From Mobula hypostoma (lineage: Eukaryota): a stretch of 64,000 nt of DNA. The notes beneath the pieces were generated by a model. That model did no database searches. It was not told the origin of the DNA and saw only the letters and a program-made list of their open reading frames with translations. Location of the stretch: assembly GCF_963921235.1 (NCBI RefSeq), contig NC_086097.1, forward strand, positions 209,996,001-210,060,000, given 5' to 3'. A program made the position numbers and the translations under genes. Shown one piece after another: positions 55,714-64,000 of the stretch. Numbering within the stretch: position 1 is the stretch's first letter; every line of letters begins with the position of its first letter.

Positions 55714-58238
55714 CCACATATCGGCAGAGATGGAGACAGATTCTGGAAAGGAGTAATAATAGCAGGGTTGTTGTGGTGGGAGATTTTAATTTCCCAAATA
55801 TTGATTGGCATCTCCCTAGAGTGAGGGGTTTAGATGGGGTGGAGTTTGTTTGGTGTGTATTCAGGAAGGTTTGTTGACACAATATGTAGATAAGCCTACA
55901 AGAGGAGAAGCTGTACTTGATCTGGTTTTGGGAAATGAACCTGGTCAGGTGTCAGATCTCTCAGTGGGAGAGCATTTTGGAAATAGTGATCACAATTCTA
56001 TCTCCTTTATCATAGCATTAGAAAGGGATAGGAACAGACAAGTTAGGGAAGCGTTTAATTGGAGTAAAGGGAAATATAAGGCTATCAGGCAGGAACTTGG
56101 AAGCATAAATTGGTAACAGATGGTCTCAAGGAAATACACGGAAGAAATGTGGCAAATGTTCAGGGGATATTTGCATGGGGTTCTGCATAGGTACGTTCCA
56201 ATGAGACAAGGAAAGGATGGTAGGGTACAGGAACCATGGTGTACAAAGGCTGTCGTAAATCTAGTCAAGAAGAAGAGAAGAGCTTACAAAAGGATCAAAA
56301 AACTAGGTAATGATAGAGATATAGAAGATTATAAGGCTAGCAGGAAGGAGTTTAAGAATGAAATTAGGAGAGCCAGAAGGGACCACGAGAAGGCATTGGT
56401 GGACAGGATTAAGGAAAACCCCAAGGAATTCTACAAGTATGTGAAGAGCAAGAGGATAAGATGTGAGAGAATAGGACCAATCAAGTGTGACAGTGGAAAA
56501 GCGTGTATGGAACTGTAGGAGATAGCGGAGGTACTTTATTAACACTTTGCTTCAGTATTCACTACGGAAAAGGATCTTGGTGATTGTAGGGATGACTTAC
56601 AGTGGACTGAAAAGCTTGAGCATGTAGATATTAAGGAAGAGGATGTGCTGGAGCTTTTGGAAAGCATCAAGTTGGATAAGTCACCAGGAATGGACGAGAC
56701 GTACCCCAGGCTACTGTGGAAAGCAAGAGAGGAAATTGCTGAGCCTCTGGCGATGATCTTTGCAACATCAATGGGGATGGGAGAGGTTCCAGAGGATTGG
56801 AGGGTTGTGGATGTTGTTCCCTTATTCAAGAAAGGGAGTAGAGATAGCCCAGGAAATTATAGACCAGTGATGCTTACTTCAGTGGTTGGTAAGATGATGG
56901 AGAAGATCCTGAGAGGCAGGATTTATGAACATTTGGAGAGGCATAATATGATTAGGAATAGTCAGCATGGCTTTGTCAAAGGCAGATCATGCTATACAAG
57001 CATGATTAAATTTTTTGAGGATGTGACTAAACATATTGATGAATGCAGAGCAGTGGATGTAGTATATATAGATTTCAGCAAGGCATTTGATAACGTACCC
57101 CATGCCAATCTTATTGAGGAAGTAAGGAGGCATGGGATCCAAGGGGATATTGCTTTATGGATCCAGAACTGGCTTGCCCACAGAAGGTAAAGAGTGGCTG
57201 TAGATGGGTCATATTCTGCATGGAGGTCGGTGACCAGTGGTGTGCCTCAGGGATCTGTTTTGGGACCCCTACTCTTTGTGATTTTTATAAATGATCTGGA
57301 TGAGGAAGTGGAAGGATGGGTTAGTAAATTTGCTGATGACACAAAGGTTGGGGGTGTTGTGGATAGTGTGGAGGGCTGACAGAGTTTACAGCGAGGCATT
57401 GATAGGATTCAAAACTGGGCTGAAAAGTGGCAGATGGAGTTCAACCCAGATAAGTGTGAGGTCGTTCATTTTGGTAGGTCAGATATGATATCAGAATATA
57501 ACATTAATGGGAAGACTCTTGGCAGTGTGGAGGATCAGAGGGATCTTGGGGTCCGAGTCCATAGGACACTCAAAGCTGCTGCACAGGTTGACTCTGTGGT
57601 TAAGAAGGCATATGGTGCATTGGCCTTCATCAATTGTGGGATTGAGTTTAAGAGCCAAGAGGTAATGTTGCAGCTATACAGGACCCCGGTCAGGCCTCAC
57701 TTGGAGTGCTGTGCTCAGTTCTGGTCACCTCACTACAGGAAGGATGTGGAAACCATAGAAAGGGTGTAGAGGAAATTTACGAGGATGTTGCCTGGTTTGG
57801 AGAGCATGCCTTGAGAGTATGTTGAGTGAATTCGGCCTTTTCTCCTTGGAGCAACAGAGGATGAGAGGTGACCTGAAAGAGTCGTACAAAATGATAAGAA
57901 TTGATCGTGTGGATAGTCAGAGGCTTTTTTCTAGGGCTGAAATGGCTAGCACAAGAGGGCACAGTTTTAAGGTGCTTGGAAATAAGTACAGAGGAGATAT
58001 CAGGCGTAAGTTTTTTTACGCGGAGAGTGGTGAGTGCATGGAATGGTCTGCCTGCGGTGGTGGTGGAGGCCGATATGATAGGTTCTTTTAAGAGACTGCT
58101 GGATAGGTACATGGAGCTTAGGAAAATAGAGGGCTATGGGTAACCGTAGGTAATTTCTAAGGTAAGGATATGTTCGGCACAGCTTTGTGGGCTGAAGGGC
58201 CTGTATTGTGCTGTAGGTTTTCTATGTTCTATGTTTTA
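55714..58238 (+). mobile_element. CR1 LINE of a second subfamily, decayed ORF2
   Basis: APE remnant SDHNSISF; RT motifs [20 protein letters not shown] and KFADD; tail TTCTATG repeats. Confidence 0.95.
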
Positions 58239-58359
58239 TAAGATAACAGTAAAATATTTTGTGCACATGTTGAAAAAAGTAAGATTGAGATTAAGTAGGA
58301 TTTTTAAGAAGTAGTCAAGAAAAATCCATTGATTACATCACAATTTTAAGCATTTAATT

Positions 58360-59590
58360 TGCTTTGATATTTGCAGGAAGATGAAATAGCTGGACGTGAC
58401 TTTGATAATGAAACCAGTATTGAAGTAGGCAAATTTGAAATTTAGTAAAAAGACATAGCTAATCAGACTTGAAGGATAAATCTCCTGATCTGGATGGATT
58501 GCTGATTTTAAAACAATCTAGGAAAAGAATAGTGAAGGTATTACAGTGAAACCCCTTTTTACTGCATGTCTCTGGAGTTGCAGCTCGTTAGCCACTCGCT
58601 AACAGCCACTGCACTCAGTGGTGAGAAAACCACACAGAATGCTGGAGGAATTTAATAGCATCTATGGAGAGAAATAAACAGTCCATGTTTTTTGCCAAGA
58701 CCTTTCATCAGGAAGGAAGAAGGAGGAAGAATCCAGAATAAGAATGTGGTGGAGAAGGAACTCAATAAACTTCATATAATAATTCACTGGAAAATGATGC
58801 AATGGTAGAAGAATTGAAGAAACTGACGTAATACTGATTCTTAAAGCAGAGATAGGACATACCTTTGGGGTTATAGGCCAAAAAGCTTAATGTTAAAAGT
58901 AGAAAAATAATGGCGTCCCCACTAAAAGAATAGAATAACATCCAAATGCAAAAAGAAGAATGAAGAAAGGTTAACATTGATTTCAAAAGGGAGAAACCTT
59001 GCTTTAATAGGTAGGAAAAAAAAGAGATGACAATAGCAATGCAGAAAATATGATGTATCTCGATGTTCTAAGGCTTTAAACCATAGAAGACAATCTATCT
59101 TGCAAGATTCATTTTTAGTCTAGAATTGAAAAGTAGTCAAGTTCTATTAGCTGTTTATCAAAGCTTGGTTCAACTACGATTGTATCCTGCATGAAGTTTT
59201 AGTTATATTGTAGAAAGGTAATGGAAGCAGCAACTCTTAAAGAATGGATGAGGGTATGACCTAATAAAGATCTTGGAAGTGATGGAAATTTGTTGGAGTA
59301 GGTACAGTTAGAGTGTTTTCATTTGTAGGGAAGAGCATAAATGGAATCCACTAAAAAATCAACCAGGAATTAAAATAAATTTGTTTATCCAAACTATAAA
59401 GTGAATGTTGGACTTGTTTATATAGGGAGTATATAAACTAATGAAGTGAATATTATCAATCCACTTGAGGGGAGAGGAGGACAAAAATGAGTTAGAAGAA
59501 AACAGAAGGTGAGAAATGATGGGAGATGGTTCAAGCACAGTACAGATACTAATTAGGCTGTAGGGTCAGTTTGGTCTGTATATTTTATGT
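58360..59590 (+). mobile_element. Highly decayed CR1-like fragments with a Penelope pLTR piece at about 58630-58760
   Basis: GGATAAATCTCCTGATCTGGATGGA (DKSPxxDG) and a CR1-like tail near 59570-59595; boundaries approximate. Confidence 0.5.
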
Positions 59591-59607
59591 TTTCTGTCTG
59601 ATTCTGA

Positions 59608-60105
59608 TTGGTTGTCCATTGTATCTGATGATAATCGTTAGATCTGTGCAGTTCTGTTGTGTGTTTGTAGGTGGCTGCTGAACCCAAGTTGTCAGTGACA
59701 TTTACATCCTGAATAAGGACATAAAAACTGTGCTGGATCCGGAAGTGGAGCGGTTGCTATTGCTTTCCTTCTTTGTCGGAAGTGATTAGCACTGCTCGGT
59801 GTTTCTCCTCCAGGTTGTTGTGAGTGATTCCAGCTGGGGCTCACCAGCCACTCCAGTCTTGCGCACTCTGTTCCAGCCATTTTGGTACAAGCGCAGCATG
59901 TGTAATATTAGCTTTCATGCAGTTTTTGAACCTCTTACGGAACCTGCCGCGAATCTGCTTGTCCAGCAAAAGCACACCGTATGGTAGCTGCTTGGAGACT
60001 AGGGAATCCTTCATGCATATGACATGCCCTGTCCGCCAAAGCTGTGCTTTTACAATCATGGCCTCAACACTTGTGGTCCCTGCCTTGCAATCTGTATTAA
60101 TATGA
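59608..60105 (-). mobile_element. RTE-clade LINE 3' fragment
   Basis: SVEAMIVKAQLWRTGHVICMKDSLVSKQLPYG..RGRFRKRFKNCMK is an RTE-type C-terminal region; tail CATCAGATACAATGGACAACCAA. Confidence 0.85.
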
Positions 60106-60532
60106 AAAACATGCCAAATGTTAGGCAACAAATGTCAGCTGGAGGAACTCAGTGGGCTGAGCAGTAACTGCAGGAGGAAATGCATTGTCAATGTTTTATG
60201 TCAAAACCCTGTATCTGGACTGCCAAACTTTAATCTTACTTCATAAAATCCAGGGGTCCTTTCTTTTGCTTATCTTTGAAACATTACCTAGACTCTATTG
60301 TATCTCTGGTGGTAGAGTAATTAGTAGTTACTTCCTAATCCAAATTAGTACCTTTACATATTTAATCCTCACGCAAAAGTAACTCTGTTTCTAATAAAAC
60401 TTTTACAATTAGAATGGTATTTCATAGGTTTTTTCTATGAAGAGGGCTTCTTTTTCATGTCCTGTGTGGGATGGTTTTGGTCCATTTAACAATAATTTAA
60501 GATATCGATTAACAACATCGATTAATCGATGT

Positions 60533-62103
60533 TCATGCCACCCTGAGCAGGGTGAATGTACGGAAGGCAGCTGGTTTGGATAGAATACTTAGCCGTGTTC
60601 TCAGAGTTTGTGCCGGGCAGTTGGCCGGGGTCTTCATGGACATTTTTAATCTACCCCTGGCCCAGGCAGTTGTCCCCACAAGCTTCAAGATTGCCACCAT
60701 CGTACCAGTGCTGAAGCATTCCACGGCCACAGGCCTGGATGACTTCCACCCAGTTGCACTTACCCCCATCATTGTAAAGTGCTTTGAGAGACTGGTTCCA
60801 TCACATCTAAAATCCTGTCTGCCCACTACCCTGGACCCCCATCAATTTGCCTATCGCACCAACAGGTCAACAGACAACGCCATCTCCACAGCATTTCCCT
60901 CAGCCCTGACTCACCTGGACAGCCCTAACACTTATGTCAGAATGATGTTCGTTGACTTTAGTTCGGCATACAATACTGTGATCCCCCTCCAGGTTGAGCG
61001 CCAAACTTTGCCAGCTTGGTATCAGCTCATCCTTCACCAATTGGACCTTGGACTTTCTGACTAACAGACCGCAATCAGTTAAGTTAGACAACCTCTCCTC
61101 CTCCACTCTCACTCTGAACACCGGCGTGCCTCAAGGCTGTGTGCTGGGCCCTCTTCGGTTCTCCCTTTTCACCTATGACTGCGTTCCTGTACGTGGTTCT
61201 AACTCCATAATCAAGTTCGCAGATGACACCACGGTGGTTGGCCTGATCAGAGGGGATGACGAGATGGCCTGCGGGGACAAGGTCCAGCACCTGGCCACGT
61301 GGTGTGCCGACAACAACCTGGCCCGTAACACCTAGAAGACCAAGGAGATCATTGTGGACTTCAGGCATGCTAGGAGCCACACTCATGACCCCATCTACAT
61401 CAACAAAGCTGTAGTGGAGCGGGTATCAAGTTTCAAATTCCTTAGTGTCCGCATTTCCGAGGATCTCACCTGGTCCCTGAACTCCTCCATCCTGATCAAA
61501 AAGGCACAACAGCGCCTTTATTTCCTGTGGAGCGTAAAGAAAGCTCATCTCTGTCCCAGGATACTGATGGACTTTTACCGCTATACCATTGAGAGCATAC
61601 TCACCAACTGCATCTCAGTGTGGTATGGCAATTGTCCAGTATCAGATCGCAAAGCACTCCAGCATGTGGTGAAAACTGCCCAGCAGATTATCGGCAACCA
61701 ATTGCCCACCATTGAGAACATCTACCATAAGTGTTGCCTGGGCAGGGCAAAAAGCCTTATCAAGGATGCATCTCACCCTAACCATGGACTTTTTACTCTC
61801 CTCCCATCCGGTAGGCGCTACAGAAGCCTCTGCTCCTGCACCAGCAGGCACAGGAAGAGCTTCTTCCCTGAGGATGTGACCCTGCTGAACCTCACATCAC
61901 AGCGCTAAGCAGTATTGCACCCATGTTGTACTGTCTCAGTACTTTTATATTTGTGTGCTGTAGCACTTACTTTTTATTCACAGTTATTTTGTAAATAACA
62001 CTATTCTTTGCATTTCTGGTCAGATGCTAACTGCATTTCATTGGCTTTGTATCTGTACCCGGTATAATGACAATAAAATTGAAACTAATCTAATCTAATC
62101 TAA
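60533..62103 (+). mobile_element. Rex1/Babar-type LINE, 5'-truncated
   Basis: [52 protein letters not shown] and KKAQQRLYFL; tail AATAAA plus CTAAT repeats. Confidence 0.95.
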
Positions 62104-63704
62104 AATTTCCTCTGGAATGCTCCTATTAACCATTTATATTTCACCTTCATTACGATGATACGTAATCATTACTTATTGAGATGGAACCTTATCAAAACTT
62201 TTCCTAAATTGTAAGTGCATTGCTTTTTCTTATTCCATTGTATTTCTTCTGCTCATTAAGGCTTTGAGAAAAGGGGGTGGCAGTGAACAGTACAATTTCC
62301 TTGTTGTTGTGTGTTTGGAACACTGTGAACATAGAGGCAGGATTTCCTTTTATATGTATTATTTTGGAGCAATTTACTAATTTGCCAGAAATAGAGTATA
62401 GAAAATCAATGCTATGCTTAAAGCATCATGAACCCAGATTTAAAAGTTAACCCAACCTTCCCTGTCGCCTCTTCATATTATTTGATTGATTCTGTAAAGC
62501 ACGTTACTTGGTTTTAATGCAAGGATGAATAGCTTAAGCAAAGAACCACAGAAGATGAAACATGGATTTGAAAGTCTCAAAATTAGCTCGATATTAAAAT
62601 TGCCTCTTATTCCACTTTTATTCTATAGAAGTTAAAAGCCTTAGAAATGAAGCCATGGATTATGATTTGAGAGGTTGTTAGGTTTAATTTTATTTTATTT
62701 ATGTCTATTTTACCTTTATTTCATTGTGTGAGTTACGTACAGTACAATTGATATTTATCATATTCATAAGGCAGTGAGCTGCTGCCAAAAGCTTATTTTC
62801 ATGTCATTTCTAGTCTGGGCATGTGTGCTCATGGTTATGAGCATGAACTTGAACTTGGATTCATTACATAGGTAGGAGAGTGGGAATTTTGAACTGTATA
62901 TGAAAGGTGGGGATTAAAGGTGGAGAAAAGATTTAACTTCACTGTCCAGCCTTTATCATCTGAATGTTGATCTATTGGTCGGTCTTGCTTCCAGCAGGCT
63001 TAAGTCCTCTGAGGCAGACTTCAGGACGGAAGACCAATTCCTGTCTGGTAGTTCATGCGCAGGTCCTAGTTATACACCAATTCCCTTTCTCTCCCCACGT
63101 CCTAGTCCTTGATTGTGGGATGTCCATTCCCAGGACATTTCTAATCTACAGTCCCAGGTGTCAGTCAGGATGTTAGATTTCAAACATTGCAAATTGATTT
63201 CTCATTGAATGATATTGAAAAGCATGGGCTGATCCCTTGCAGTGGGACCTTGGGAGTTGGCTGAAGGCCCACAAGCAGGACTGTGAAGGGACTTCCTGTG
63301 AAAATCTCCGTGACTTTATGCAGCTGCTGAGTTTTCATTATGCCTAAGAAACCAGATTCACCATAAAACCAACAAAATAGGTGAAACTGGAGGCATGCAG
63401 ACTTATTAATATAATTGAAGTGGCAAACCTATGTCTTAGGAGTAAGTCCCCACAAACTGACAGATTGGAGCTGACTCCCAAACTAAATTTATTTTTTTTG
63501 TGGACTTGATATCAGCCATTTCGTCATTCCACCTCCCCACCTTCACTGTCCTCCCGACTTCAAAACATCTCATAAACCAGGACATTAAAATCTCCCTAAA
63601 AATAACATGACTAACAGTTTTTTTGGGAGATTTTAAGTTGAAGATTTTGGGGGAATTCTACTATTCCTGGCTATCTTCTGAGACAAAGACTCATTTCCCT
63701 AGAA

Positions 63705-63784
63705 CAGGGGTTCACAACCTGGGGTCCATGGACCCCTCAGTTAATGGTAGGAGTCCAGAGCATAAAATAGATTGGGAATCCCTG
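63705..63784. mobile_element. 80-bp hAT MITE
   Basis: TIRs CAGGGGTTCACAACCT and AGATTGGGAATCCCTG; 8-bp TSD CCCTAGAA/CCCTAGGG with central TA. Confidence 0.75.
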
Positions 63785-64000
63785 CCCTAGGGCCATTGGA
63801 GAAACACTGTGCTAACTTAATCCCTCCTGGAGAAATAATTTCACAAGGGACCCTGGGAAGAACCACCAAGCCACATGTAGTGGATTTATTCCTAGAATTG
63901 AATAAAGTTTTCAGTATTTACACTTATTAATCCATAGTTGCACAGTCTGCTAGTAGCTGTTTTAGCCTTGGGCCCTCTGCTTAAATATTGATTACTGCCT

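Noticed and set aside
36250..64000. Exons or promoter of a downstream gene (LYN follows TGS1 in mammals)
   Set aside because: No kinase, SH2 or SH3 coding exon and no non-repeat CpG island recognised; a short non-coding exon cannot be excluded.

Overview
Eukaryotic, repeat-dominated vertebrate DNA. The repeat spectrum (abundant CR1, Rex1/Babar, Penelope pLTR palindromes, V-SINE-like elements) suggests a cartilaginous fish; this is inference. The only host gene is the 3' part of TGS1 (trimethylguanosine synthase) on the + strand: nine coding exons from 6829 to 35793, all splice phases consistent, 493 codons plus stop. One intron (22278-23518) is a U12-type AT-AC intron. The rest is transposable elements: CR1, Rex, RTE, Penelope, Tc1, hAT and SINEs. 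Main finding: a young, TSD-flanked, 560-bp non-coding retroelement (37185-37744, - strand) whose first nucleotide is G1 of a complete HDV-like ribozyme fold with an unusual extra hairpin in L3. Its 3' tail matches an RTE LINE at 59608-60105. A second, decayed HDV-like core lies in a related element near 41.2-41.45 kb. Penelope-derived minimal hammerhead motifs also recur, one with an intact core on the TGS1 sense strand. All structures were derived by hand and no activity has been tested.
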